Assembly: GCA_041483895.1 (NCBI GenBank) | Contig: JBGPGO010000008.1 | Span: 32,001 to 96,000 of the forward strand | Source of the DNA: Fimbriimonadia bacterium | GTDB taxonomy: Bacteria > Armatimonadota > Fimbriimonadia > Fimbriimonadales > JABRVX01 | Direction: 5' to 3' | Length of the DNA: 64,000 nucleotides | Part shown: positions 46,529 through 56,775 of the stretch, piece after piece | Layout of the letters: each line of letters begins with the position of its first letter | How positions within the stretch are numbered: position 1 is the stretch's first letter | The notes under the pieces: generated by a model | The model's input: only the letters and a program-made list of their open reading frames with translations | What the model was told of the DNA's origin: nothing | The model's database searches: none | Position numbers and translations under genes: made by a program

Positions 46529-47814
46529 AGTTCATCCACATCTTCTGGCTGCTTGCGGCGACAGCCCGCATTTCCGTCCTTGCCATGCCGGCCCCAACGC
46601 CGCCAGAAGACCAATTCCACGGCAAGGTTCATCACTATTCTTTTGAGGTTGCAAAGATAGGTCCCGGAGGAATCGGAAAAAGGACCTTGTTGAAGTCCGT
46701 AACGAAGAACTCCCAAGATCAGGTTGTTGAAGAGTTTCTCCTCACGAGCTGGCCTCCGGAGGTATGGGGAGACGCCTTGGAATCTCTTGGTGAATTGACC
46801 TTCTTGAATCCAAATTCCATCGGCCGGCCGATGCTCATGACCGAGCATCATCATTTCGCTCGCGACAAGAACGGCCGCGTATCAGAAGACGTCTGCCAAT
46901 CCATTAAGGAGGGAGAGAAGTTTACTGAGCGAAGGGAAAATACCTACGACTCGAAGGGCCATTTGATCGGCACAAAGTGTTATCGCGACGGCAAATTGGG
47001 TGAACGCGACGTGTACACGTACGACGAGCACGGCTTGCTCTCTGGAGAGCGATATGTTGGCGATCCGGAGCGTTTGATCTCCAGTTATCAATCTCCACGT
47101 ACCAGTGATTCGGACGTCGCCGGCGCGCCACGAACACGAGAGGAAGTCGAAAAGGACGAGAGCGGCAACGCGATTCGCAGGCGAACCTATGATACTGATG
47201 AAGTTCTGATTGCTGACGCGTACTTCAGATATAACGAAAAGAATATCGTAATGCAGTCTACAATTTTCCATTCCACCGCAACAGGAATTTCTCCGTTCAA
47301 AGAAACCTCTACCACCGATCCGAAAAGCAATTCGGAAACGATCGAAACGGTCGACCGAGCAGGGGACATCTTGAGTCGAATCGTCAACACAAAATCGACC
47401 TATACGATCGATAATCGAGAATACGGTTATGGTGGAAAGCTGGTCAAGCGCAGTGTAGAGGTAATGAAGCCGGAAGAGCGTTTTACCGAGCATACGGAAA
47501 CGGACGCAGACGGAAAAGTCACAAACTACGGCAAGAACTGGATGGAAGACGGTAAGATGCATACGCTGGAGTCAGGGAATCTGATGGACGGAAAGTTTAT
47601 GACACGGCGTATCGACTATTTGGACCTGGACATGGACCTGCCGTTGGAGATCGAAGAATCGGATGCCTCCGGCAAGTGTCTCATCCACATTCGGCTTGCA
47701 TATGACATGGATGAGCGCGGCAATTGGACCAAAATCACCCGATACGACGCCAAGGGAGATGGCAAGCTCGAACCTGTCGCCGTCGCCTTCCGAACCATCG
47801 AATACGCGCGATGA
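46525..47814 (+). CDS. Secreted YD/RHS-like repeat protein (tandem paralog)
   Basis: MPAPTPPEDQFHGKV, YDMDERGNWTKITRYD, RTIEYAR. Confidence 0.8.
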   Translation: MKFIHIFWLLAATARISVLAMPAPTPPEDQFHGKVHHYSFEVAKIGPGGIGKRTLLKSVTKNSQDQVVEEFLLTSWPPEVWGDALESLGELTFLNPNSIGRPMLMTEHHHFARDKNGRVSEDVCQSIKEGEKFTERRENTYDSKGHLIGTKCYRDGKLGERDVYTYDEHGLLSGERYVGDPERLISSYQSPRTSDSDVAGAPRTREEVEKDESGNAIRRRTYDTDEVLIADAYFRYNEKNIVMQSTIFHSTATGISPFKETSTTDPKSNSETIETVDRAGDILSRIVNTKSTYTIDNREYGYGGKLVKRSVEVMKPEERFTEHTETDADGKVTNYGKNWMEDGKMHTLESGNLMDGKFMTRRIDYLDLDMDLPLEIEESDASGKCLIHIRLAYDMDERGNWTKITRYDAKGDGKLEPVAVAFRTIEYAR

Positions 47815-47852
47815 AATACTGTGACTAGCAAACGCTCGAAGGAGCAAAAACG

Positions 47853-49133
47853 ATGAAATTCAGAGCAACGATCCTCGCCGCAACTGCGATCCCGGCAATT
47901 ATCTTTGCCATGCCGGCGCCAACCCCGCCGGAAGACCAATTCCACGGCAAAGTACGCCAGTACTCCCTGGAGATAGCGAAGATAGGTCCTGGAGGCGTTG
48001 GGGAAAGGACGTTGCTGAAGTCCGTAACGAAGGACTCCGAAGATCAGGTTGTTGAGGAGTTTCTCCTCACACGTTGGCCCCCGGAAGGGGCGGAAGACAC
48101 CCCGGATTCTCTCGGCGAATTGACATTCTTGAACCCGGATTCCATCGACCGGCCGATGTTGGAATCCGAGCATCATCATTTCACTTGCGACGCGAGCGAT
48201 CGGATTTCGGAAGACATTTGCCAATACAACAAAGAGGGAGAAAAATTCACCGAGCGCACGGCAAACTCGTACGATGCCAAGGGCCAATTGATCAGCGAAA
48301 AAACCTACCGAGATGGCAAACAGATCGAACGCGATGTTTACACGTACGACGAGAAAGGAATGCTCTCTAGCGAGGGATATGTGGGAGACCCTGAAAAGTT
48401 GGTTTCCAGTCACCGCTATCCGAGAGCAGGCGATCCGGACGTTGTCAGAGCGCCCCGGATCCGTGAGGAGGACGAAAAGGACGAGAGAGGCAATGTGGTC
48501 CGCCGGCGGACCTACGATCCCAGCGGTGTTTTGATTTTCGATTTGTATGCCAATTTCAACGAAAAGAACGTTGAAATTCTGTCGACCACTCTCTGCATTA
48601 CCGCAACGGGAAACGATCCATACAAAACAACGTCCACCAACGACCCCGAAAGCAACTCGCAGACAAAAGAATCAGAAAATCGGGCAGGCGATATCTTAAG
48701 TCGAGTCGTCAACACAAGGTCCAACAACAAGTCCGAAGTAAGCGAATATGGATATGGCGGAAAGCTGGTCAAGCGCCGCGTGGAAGTGGCGAAACCGGAA
48801 GAACATTATTGGGAGCATACGGAGACGGATGGGGCCGAGAAGGTCACGCGCTACAGCAAGGGCTGGATGAAGGATGGCAAGCTGCACAACTTGGAAACAG
48901 GCAGCTTCGTCGGCGAGAAATTTATCACACGCTGGACCGAATACTTGGAGGCGGACCTGCCGTTGGAGATTGAAGAATCGGATGCCTCCGGCAAGTGTCT
49001 CATTCACATTCGTCTTGCATATGACATGGATGAGCGCGGCAACTGGACCAAGATCACCCGATACGACGCCAAGGGGGACGCAAAGCTGGAACCCGTCTCT
49101 GTAGCCTTCCGCACCATCGAATACGCGCGATGA
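47853..49133 (+). CDS. Secreted YD/RHS-like repeat protein (tandem paralog)
   Basis: Near-identical mature N- and C-termini to 46525-47814. SD AAGGAG. Confidence 0.8.
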   Translation: MKFRATILAATAIPAIIFAMPAPTPPEDQFHGKVRQYSLEIAKIGPGGVGERTLLKSVTKDSEDQVVEEFLLTRWPPEGAEDTPDSLGELTFLNPDSIDRPMLESEHHHFTCDASDRISEDICQYNKEGEKFTERTANSYDAKGQLISEKTYRDGKQIERDVYTYDEKGMLSSEGYVGDPEKLVSSHRYPRAGDPDVVRAPRIREEDEKDERGNVVRRRTYDPSGVLIFDLYANFNEKNVEILSTTLCITATGNDPYKTTSTNDPESNSQTKESENRAGDILSRVVNTRSNNKSEVSEYGYGGKLVKRRVEVAKPEEHYWEHTETDGAEKVTRYSKGWMKDGKLHNLETGSFVGEKFITRWTEYLEADLPLEIEESDASGKCLIHIRLAYDMDERGNWTKITRYDAKGDAKLEPVSVAFRTIEYAR

Positions 49134-49223
49134 AGTGCTATACTCTACGTAGTAACATATAGAAATCCGGGCATGGGTATCGGGTGTAATGTGCCGCACC
49201 TTTGAACCAAGATAATAAGATTT

Positions 49224-51029
49224 TTGACCGTAGCGTGCGGGCGCAGACCCCGCCGGCAAAACCTCGAAACCCCGCCCGATCAAAAGGGGTATCGTCCCAT
49301 CGAACCGAGAACTAAGAAAGAAATCATTGTCAACGTCACTCCGCGCGAGACGCGGATTGCCACACTAGAAGAGGGCCAACTGGTCGAGTTGAGGGTCGAG
49401 CGCGAAGAGCGCGTGGTAGGCTGCATCTTCAAAGGCATCGTCCAAAACGTCCTGCCCGGCATGGATGCGGCCTTCGTCGACATCGGCCTGGAGCGCAACG
49501 CTTTTCTCTATGTCGCCGACGTCCTATTGGATGACGGCACCGACACAGATGCCGCGTCCCTCAGCCGAAACGAGCTTCGCCAGCGCAAGATCAAGGACCT
49601 GCTGCGTCCCGGCCAAGAGTTGCTCGTCCAGGTTATCAAGGCCCCCCGTGGAACCAAAGGCGCGCGCGTATCCACACGCCTCACTCTTCCCGGCCGATAC
49701 GTGGTGCTCATGCCCGAAGGAGGCCACCTGGGCGTCTCACGCAAGATCGAGGACCGGGATGAGCGCGACCGACTGCGCAAGATCGGCCAGAAGTTCTGTC
49801 CGGAAGGCTTCGGTCTAATCCTCCGAACGGAGTGCGAAGGCAAGACGGAAAAAGAGCTCGCGCAAGACATCGCTTTCCTGATGAGAACCTGGAACCAGAT
49901 TTCGGTCAAGGTTGAAGGCAGCCGGGCGCCCTCCATGGTGCATTCCGATTTCACCCTGCTTTATCGCACCGTCCGCGACGTGTTCGGCGCGGATGTAAAT
50001 CGCCTCGTGGTCGACGATCCGGCGGAATACGAAGCCGTGAACGAGCTTGCGGATCTGGTGGCGGCAAAGATCAAGGGCCGCATCCATCTGTATGACAACG
50101 AAGAGTGCATTTTCGACAAGTACGGTATCGAGGCCCAAATGGACCGGTTGCTCCGCCGCAAAGTGTGGCTGAAATCGGGAGGCTATATCGTCGTCGACGA
50201 GACGGAAGCGATTACAGCCATCGACGTCAATACCGGCAAACAGGTCGGCGCAACCTCGCTCGCCGAAACCATTGTCAAGGCGAATTTGGAGGCGGTGGAG
50301 GAGGTCGCGCGCCAGATCCGGTTGCGGGATTTAGGCGGAATTATCGTCATCGACTTCATTGACATGGCCGGTGCGGGCGACCGCCGCATCGTATTGAACG
50401 CATTCACACGGGCCCTCAAACGGGACCGGGCGCGCACGCGCGTCGGACGGATCAGCTCCCTCGGCCTCATTGAAATCACACGCAAGCGAACCGGGGAATC
50501 GATCACAGAGGCGATGACGGAGCCTTGTCCGTTCTGCCACGGCCGGGGCCGGATTGCAGGAGCGGAGACCGTTTCCCTGCGCGTGGAGCGCGATCTGATG
50601 CGCGCGGCCAACGAACCGGGCAACGCGCTCTTGGTCGAGGCCCATCCGGACGTGAGCGAATGGATTATCGGCGCGGACGGAGAATGTATCGAAGAGCTGG
50701 AGCACCGGGTGCGCCGCGCAATCTACGTGCGCAGCAATCCATCGCTGCCGGTTGAAGAATACGAGATCAAGAACGGGACGACGGCGGAGTTTTCGCAGGT
50801 TTTGTCGCACTACAAAAGGGCGCAGGTTTTGGAATGCGACGTGGTGCAGTCGGTGTTATCCGCCGGCGAGCCAAAGGCGGTCGGTTGGTCGGACGACGGG
50901 TACTACCTGCGCCTTAGCAACGGGCTCGAGCACATTGGCGGACGTGTCAAGGCAAACATTACCGAGGTCCGCCGCAGCCATGCCGCCGCGAATCCCGTGC
51001 CGCTGGGTCACGCCAACCCGGTGGCGTAA
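49224..51029 (+). CDS. rng: Rne/Rng family ribonuclease (start uncertain)
   Basis: KEIIVN, VLPGMDAAFVDIG S1 domain, AIDVNTG, RLRDLGGIIVIDFIDM, CPFCHGRG Zn-link. Confidence 0.93.
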   Translation: MTVACGRRPRRQNLETPPDQKGYRPIEPRTKKEIIVNVTPRETRIATLEEGQLVELRVEREERVVGCIFKGIVQNVLPGMDAAFVDIGLERNAFLYVADVLLDDGTDTDAASLSRNELRQRKIKDLLRPGQELLVQVIKAPRGTKGARVSTRLTLPGRYVVLMPEGGHLGVSRKIEDRDERDRLRKIGQKFCPEGFGLILRTECEGKTEKELAQDIAFLMRTWNQISVKVEGSRAPSMVHSDFTLLYRTVRDVFGADVNRLVVDDPAEYEAVNELADLVAAKIKGRIHLYDNEECIFDKYGIEAQMDRLLRRKVWLKSGGYIVVDETEAITAIDVNTGKQVGATSLAETIVKANLEAVEEVARQIRLRDLGGIIVIDFIDMAGAGDRRIVLNAFTRALKRDRARTRVGRISSLGLIEITRKRTGESITEAMTEPCPFCHGRGRIAGAETVSLRVERDLMRAANEPGNALLVEAHPDVSEWIIGADGECIEELEHRVRRAIYVRSNPSLPVEEYEIKNGTTAEFSQVLSHYKRAQVLECDVVQSVLSAGEPKAVGWSDDGYYLRLSNGLEHIGGRVKANITEVRRSHAAANPVPLGHANPVA

Positions 51030-52660
51030 TGGATGTCGAGGAACTTCGCCTGCAGCTTGCCCGGCGCGAAGCCGAATTGGAGGCGATGCGCCGCGTCAAC
51101 GAGGCGATGGGTTCCGCATTCGGCTCCCAGGAAATGCTGCAGGGAATCGCCGAGATCGGCCGCCAGGTAACCGACACAGACGTCTGCGAAATCTATCTCA
51201 TTCCTGAGAACGGCGAAGAACTTGTCCTCAAAGCCAGCACGGAGAATCAGGACCTGATCGATAAGGTGAGCGTCAAAATCGGCGAGGGGATAACCGGGAT
51301 GGTGGCGCTGGAACGGCAGCCGGTTGGGGTCAATCAGGACGCCTATAAGGATCCCCGCTCGAAGTACGTTCCGATTCTGCACGAAGAGGATTATGAGAGC
51401 TTTTTGGCGGTGCCGCTCCTGGTCCGGGACAAGCTGCTCGGCGTCATTACCGTCCGCACAACCGAGCCGCACGATTACAGCCCGGAAGAAGAAATGCTCC
51501 TTGCCGGCGTCGCGGGCCAGGTGTCGGGAACCATCGAAACGATGAGCCGATTGAGTGAATTGGAACACCAGGCCGTGCAGTATCGGACGCTGGCGCACGT
51601 GGGCCGCATGCTGTCCTCCACCGCCTATCTGGAAGAGATATTGCAGCTCTTGGTATCGGAAACCTCGCGGCAAATGAATTACAGAGTCTGCACGCTGCGG
51701 CTGCTCGACGAAGAGTCCCAGGAGCTTCTTCTGCACGCTTCCATTGCCACGAGCCGCGCGTACCTCAACAAACCGAGCATCAAATTGGGAGAGAGCGTTG
51801 CTGGAGTGGCCGTCAAGGAAAATCGCACGGTGACCGTTGAAGACGTGCAATCCTCTCCCGACTATCTGTTTCCGGAGATTGCGCGGGAACAGGGATTGCG
51901 GTCCCTCATCTGCGTGCCGCTCACGTTGGCGGGGAAGGCGCTCGGCGTACTCTCTTGCTATAAGGGGCAGCGTCACAACTTTACGCGAGACGAGATCCGG
52001 ACGCTGGAGACGATTGCGGGACAGGCGGCGATAGCGGTCAGCCACGCTCGGCTCAGCGCGCGCGATACGCTGATGCAAGAGATGCACCATCGGGTCAAAA
52101 ACAACCTCCAGCAGATTGCGAGCTTGCTGCGGATGAGCATGCAGCATTCAGAGCAAAAGCCACTGGAAGAGCACCTTGCGGAAAGTCTGAACCGCATCCA
52201 GGCCATCGCTACTGTGCATGATCTGCTCTCCCGCGACGATCTCGAATTTGTGCGGCTAAAGGCCGTCGCTGAGGCGATCCTGATGAATTTGATTCAAGGC
52301 TTTGCTCCGCCCGACTGTCACATACGTGTCGCGATCGAAGGCGAAGATGTCCGCCTACCGATGAACCAGGCGAATCATGTCGCGCTGGTGCTGAACGAGC
52401 TGGCGCAAAATGCGATCGAACACGGATTCATCGGTGGAGGTGAGTATGTTATAGAGATTTCGATCGGCGTACAGCAAGACCACGTCGAGATCCAAGTTCG
52501 AAACAATGGCCGGCCTCTTCCTGATGGCTTTGACCTGGCTTCGTCAAAGGGGATGGGCCTTAGCATTTGCGAATCTATCGTCCGCAGCGGTCTCGCCGGA
52601 AAGTTTGCCATCACGCAGGCGGATATGACCGTCGCAGTGTTTACCTTCCATCGGGGTTAG
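51029..52660 (+). CDS. GAF-GAF sensor histidine kinase (HisKA_2/PdtaS-like)
   Basis: Two GAF domains, EMHHRVKNNLQ H-box, NELAQNAIEHG, GMGL. Confidence 0.92.
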   Translation: MDVEELRLQLARREAELEAMRRVNEAMGSAFGSQEMLQGIAEIGRQVTDTDVCEIYLIPENGEELVLKASTENQDLIDKVSVKIGEGITGMVALERQPVGVNQDAYKDPRSKYVPILHEEDYESFLAVPLLVRDKLLGVITVRTTEPHDYSPEEEMLLAGVAGQVSGTIETMSRLSELEHQAVQYRTLAHVGRMLSSTAYLEEILQLLVSETSRQMNYRVCTLRLLDEESQELLLHASIATSRAYLNKPSIKLGESVAGVAVKENRTVTVEDVQSSPDYLFPEIAREQGLRSLICVPLTLAGKALGVLSCYKGQRHNFTRDEIRTLETIAGQAAIAVSHARLSARDTLMQEMHHRVKNNLQQIASLLRMSMQHSEQKPLEEHLAESLNRIQAIATVHDLLSRDDLEFVRLKAVAEAILMNLIQGFAPPDCHIRVAIEGEDVRLPMNQANHVALVLNELAQNAIEHGFIGGGEYVIEISIGVQQDHVEIQVRNNGRPLPDGFDLASSKGMGLSICESIVRSGLAGKFAITQADMTVAVFTFHRG

Positions 52661-55037
52661 CGGCTTCAGTTCCCTTGACATATCTATCAAACCAATGCAG
52701 CCGCTCCCACAATACATGTTCCACCGACTCGCGAGCCGAATAGCCGTGCGACTCGTAGGGGAGCATCACCAACCGCACCGTGCCGCCGTGGCCCTTAATC
52801 GCCTGGAACAGCCGCTCGCTTTGGATGGGGAAGGTACCCGGATTATTGTCCATCTCCCCGTGGAACATCAGCAGCGGCGCCTTGATCTTATCGGCGTACA
52901 TAAAGGGGGAAACCTTCATGTACATGTCGGGCGCTTGCCACAAAGTCCGGCGCTCACTCTGAAAACCGAACGGCGTCAGTGTACGATTATATGCGCCGCT
53001 CTGTGCGATTCCCGCCTTGAAAAGATCACAATGGGCGAGCAGGTTGACGGTCATGAATGCGCCATAGCTGTGACCCATTACGCCGACACGATTCGGATCG
53101 GTTACACCCATCTCGTCTGCCTTGTCGATGGCAGCCTTCGCGCTCGATACCAGCTGCTCGATAAACGTGTCGTTAACTGTTTCCGGATCGCCCACAATCG
53201 GTATGGTTACATCATACAAGACGGCGTATCCATTCATGAGGAAGAAGAGCGGCGAGATCCCCGCCATAGTAGTGAATCGATCAGTGGAGCCGCTCACTTG
53301 GCCGGCGGTTGAAGTATCCGTGTATTCTAGCGGATAGGCCCAGATGACGGTCGGAAGGCGCGTGCCCTGCTTGTAGCCGGACGGCAGGTACAACGTAAAG
53401 GAACATTGCACACCGTCGCTCCGCTTGTAGGTAACTAGCTGTTTGGCGATTCCGCGAATCTGCGGCGTGGGGTCCTTGAATGCTGTCAGCGCCTTTACCC
53501 CCGAGGCGTCGTGTAAATAGTAGTTTGGCGGCTCGGACTGGGACTCTTTTCGAGTCACATATTGTCCAGAATCCGGCAGGTATTCAGCCACCGTCTCATA
53601 GTTGCCACCGCCGCATCGCCAAACCTGCTCCGTCTTGCCGCTGGACAGGTCATACCATTGCAGAAACGGATGGCTGCCGGTCGGTCCCGCTCCCTCGCCG
53701 CGCAGCAGCAGGCGTCCGTCTTGATTTATCAGGGCATATTCGCCATTCGTAAGACGCGTCGCAACCGGCTGGCCTGGGTCGCTGTATCGATCGCGCATAT
53801 CCAGGTCCCACAGCAGTTTCGGCGCGCCAGCCGGCTGATTGAAATCCATGAGATAGGTCTGTCGTCGCTGCCGCTCTCGTTCGTATTCTGTCAGGAGTCC
53901 TACTCCGTGCTTCTCGGTCCAGGATATCCCGGCATATCGGTTCCTCGCAAGAGCCAACTCGCGCGCCGCCCCTATCGGGACGTCCCGCATCATCACTTTG
54001 TCCCTATGGTCCACCTTTCGTTTCGGGTCGCCGCCATCCAGCGCCTCCACCCAAACCAGTGTCGAAGGCGCATCCGGACTCCAACCGATACTACGTATCC
54101 CCGTGGGCACGCCATCGAGCGGAACTCCTTCTTCATTCGGAAGGCTGGCCAGCGTCTCGACCTTTCCGGCGTCGATCCACAATAGCTCGATCTCGTGGGC
54201 GAATCCGCCGGCCGGCAAGAGGCGGGAAAAGGGGGGTACGGTCCTATCAACGAGAACGTAGTTGCCATCAGGTGACACGTCCGCGGAGGCGTACATGCCC
54301 TTCTTGCCGATACGCCGTTGCGCACCATTGGGAGAAACGATGATAAGTTGCGATGTCATGAAATATTCGAACAAACGGTCATCGCTTTCGTCCTGGAGTA
54401 GGTCCTGGAAAGTCCGCGTGGGGGCCGTTTTGCCGATGTTCTCCTGTACGTCGGGTCCGGCAGGCACCGGGCTTCGGTTTGGCATCTTCCCGCGATCCTC
54501 CGGCACGGCCCTGACCAGCAGTGAGCCGGTTGACCAGATCCATTGATACGATTGCCCATAGGCCGCGTTCACAGTCAAGTGGGGAAGCGCCTTCGATTTC
54601 CCCGTCTTGGCATCCGCCAGCCAAAGCTCTATCCCCTTGGCGCCGGTCGCAAGAAACGCGATGCGCTGCTCATCCGGCGACCAGCTCGGGCTGGACACCG
54701 AAAGGTCCTTGGGAAGCTGCATCGCCGTCTCCTTCCCATCAGCAACGTTCTTGATCGTCAAACCGACGATTTTTGCTGGCGCATGAGGACCGCTCGTCTG
54801 CGGATTAATGCGCGATCCGGCCAGGCGCAGCATGGGCGCCGCCAAATCCGCGATGGACGGGTACCGAACCCCCTGCACCAGCAGCATCCTGTCCCGCGCC
54901 GGAGAGAATATGACCGTGGGAGGCGGGGGTGCATCCAGCACGTCCAATACTGCCTTCGGCGGCTTCTGATAGCCCTGCGCGAGAAGGGCCGACGGGAGGA
55001 GCCATAGTGCGAATAGGATCGATTTCACGGTTCTCAT
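52641..55037 (-). CDS. S9 family (prolyl oligopeptidase-like) peptidase
   Basis: GHSYGAFM, HGEMDNNPGT, ESHGY catalytic triad. Signal peptide from ATG 55037. Confidence 0.93.
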   Translation of the reverse strand: MRTVKSILFALWLLPSALLAQGYQKPPKAVLDVLDAPPPPTVIFSPARDRMLLVQGVRYPSIADLAAPMLRLAGSRINPQTSGPHAPAKIVGLTIKNVADGKETAMQLPKDLSVSSPSWSPDEQRIAFLATGAKGIELWLADAKTGKSKALPHLTVNAAYGQSYQWIWSTGSLLVRAVPEDRGKMPNRSPVPAGPDVQENIGKTAPTRTFQDLLQDESDDRLFEYFMTSQLIIVSPNGAQRRIGKKGMYASADVSPDGNYVLVDRTVPPFSRLLPAGGFAHEIELLWIDAGKVETLASLPNEEGVPLDGVPTGIRSIGWSPDAPSTLVWVEALDGGDPKRKVDHRDKVMMRDVPIGAARELALARNRYAGISWTEKHGVGLLTEYERERQRRQTYLMDFNQPAGAPKLLWDLDMRDRYSDPGQPVATRLTNGEYALINQDGRLLLRGEGAGPTGSHPFLQWYDLSSGKTEQVWRCGGGNYETVAEYLPDSGQYVTRKESQSEPPNYYLHDASGVKALTAFKDPTPQIRGIAKQLVTYKRSDGVQCSFTLYLPSGYKQGTRLPTVIWAYPLEYTDTSTAGQVSGSTDRFTTMAGISPLFFLMNGYAVLYDVTIPIVGDPETVNDTFIEQLVSSAKAAIDKADEMGVTDPNRVGVMGHSYGAFMTVNLLAHCDLFKAGIAQSGAYNRTLTPFGFQSERRTLWQAPDMYMKVSPFMYADKIKAPLLMFHGEMDNNPGTFPIQSERLFQAIKGHGGTVRLVMLPYESHGYSARESVEHVLWERLHWFDRYVKGTEAANPDGR

Positions 55038-55063
55038 GCCTCGAATGATACACAATGGAGGGC

Positions 55064-56656
55064 ATGATCCATCTGCTTTTGTCCGCCGTCGCGATGCAGA
55101 CTTGGCCGCTGACCCGCGCGGAACGGACCGATTTCCAAGAGACATCGCATTACGAAGACGTAATCGCCTTCATTCAACAGCTTCAGAAAATGGGGGCCCC
55201 GATCACGGTCGAGTACATGGGAACCAGCCAAGAGGGAAGGCCGATACCGCTCGTCATCGCCACCAGAATCCCCGATCCGCACAGGGCCGGAAAGCCAGTG
55301 GTCTACATCCAGGCCAATATCCACGCCGGCGAAGTGGAAGGGAAGGAGGCCGCCCTACACATTCTCCGCAAGCTCTGCCAAGGCGGCGACATGCTCGACA
55401 AAATGGTGATCCTGATGACCCCGATCTACAACTGCGACGGCAACGAGAAATGGGGTCCAGGGGAGCGCAATCGGCCGGAACAGGACGGCCCCGCCATCGT
55501 TGGGGTACGGGGCAACGGACAGGGATTAGACCTGAACCGAGACGCGATCAAGGCCGATTCGCCGGAGATGCGGGCCGCATTGGATCGAATCTATTCCCAG
55601 TGGGACCCGGACATCGTGATGGACCTGCACACCACCGACGGCACGCGCCACGGGTATGAACTGACCTACGCGCCGCCGCTCAACCCCAACACCCCGCCAT
55701 CCGTCCTGAAATATTCGCGCGATGAGTTGCTTCCGGGTTTGCGCAAACGGCTTCGGCAGCAGTTCAAGATGGAGATGCAGGACTATGGAAACGTTTACGA
55801 TCGGGAAGGGATCAAAGCCTGGTATACGGTCGCGCCGGAGGGCCGGTACGAAACCAACTACGCGGGCCTTCGCGGGCGAATTGGGCTGCTGAGCGAGGCC
55901 ACCACCTATCTGCCGTTCAAGGACCGCGTCGTCGCAACCGAGCGCTTCGTCTGGGGCGTGTTAGAAGAGGTGGCGAAGAATCCGGCCAAGATCGTTGCAC
56001 TGACTCGGCAGGCGGACAAGGATGTCGTGACGTGGGCGACGACTCACCCGGAACTTGGCGTCCGCTTTGAGATGGCCCCGCGCGGATCCGAAGAAGTGAT
56101 TCTGGAGGGCTTCGCTCCGTCGAAGCCGAACGCTCCGTCGAAACCGAACGGCAAATTGGAGGGCTCCGTTTCATCGGAGCCGCACGGCCGCCCAACAAAC
56201 CTGACACGCGTCAAGATGCCGGTGTACGATCGCTTTGTCCCAACGCGCACCGCCAACTACCCCGCCGCCTACTGGATACCGGCGGAACAGGAGAAGGAGA
56301 TCGAACTGCTCCGCCGCCACGGAGTCAAGGTCGAAAAGCTGGTAGAGGACTCGCAGGTCGAGTGCGAGGAGTTCACGATCTCGGAGGTGCATGAAGATGC
56401 CAAACTATTCCAGGGCCATCGGCTGGTGCGATTGGAGGGGAAATTCGCTCCCGCGAAACGCACGATGCCAAAGGGCAGCTACCTGGTCCGCACCGCCCAA
56501 CCGCTCGGCCTGGTCGCGTTTTCCATTCTGGAGCCGGAGGGCCTGGACGGCGCCTCCGCCTGGGGCTTCTTTTCACCGGCGATGAAAATGGGTGACGCGT
56601 TTCCTATTCTCAAGTCATTTGAAAGTCCGAAATGCGCCACGGAGTCAAGGTGGTAG
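55064..56656 (+). CDS. M14 family zinc metallopeptidase
   Basis: NIHAGEVEGKE, DLNRD, DLHTTDG. Confidence 0.92.
   Translation: MIHLLLSAVAMQTWPLTRAERTDFQETSHYEDVIAFIQQLQKMGAPITVEYMGTSQEGRPIPLVIATRIPDPHRAGKPVVYIQANIHAGEVEGKEAALHILRKLCQGGDMLDKMVILMTPIYNCDGNEKWGPGERNRPEQDGPAIVGVRGNGQGLDLNRDAIKADSPEMRAALDRIYSQWDPDIVMDLHTTDGTRHGYELTYAPPLNPNTPPSVLKYSRDELLPGLRKRLRQQFKMEMQDYGNVYDREGIKAWYTVAPEGRYETNYAGLRGRIGLLSEATTYLPFKDRVVATERFVWGVLEEVAKNPAKIVALTRQADKDVVTWATTHPELGVRFEMAPRGSEEVILEGFAPSKPNAPSKPNGKLEGSVSSEPHGRPTNLTRVKMPVYDRFVPTRTANYPAAYWIPAEQEKEIELLRRHGVKVEKLVEDSQVECEEFTISEVHEDAKLFQGHRLVRLEGKFAPAKRTMPKGSYLVRTAQPLGLVAFSILEPEGLDGASAWGFFSPAMKMGDAFPILKSFESPKCATESRW
56103..56184. repeat. In-frame GGAGGGCTCCGCTCCGTCGGAGCCG-type REP-like copies inside the M14 gene
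   Basis: Copies at 56103-56128 and 56156-56184 plus a partial tandem duplication. Same family as 32748-32776 in dnaE2. Confidence 0.8.
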
Positions 56657-56775
56657 GAGCGATGCAGACACAGCCGGAAGCCATCCCCGACTCCTGCAGC
56701 CCGTAATTACTGATCGATTTCACATATGAACAGGAGTCCTATTGCAGACGTATAACTTGGCATCAGGAATTACCT

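Noticed and set aside
46525..49133. Diversity-generating retroelement (template and variable repeats)
   Set aside because: Differences between paralogs are not adenine-specific and no reverse transcriptase is present.
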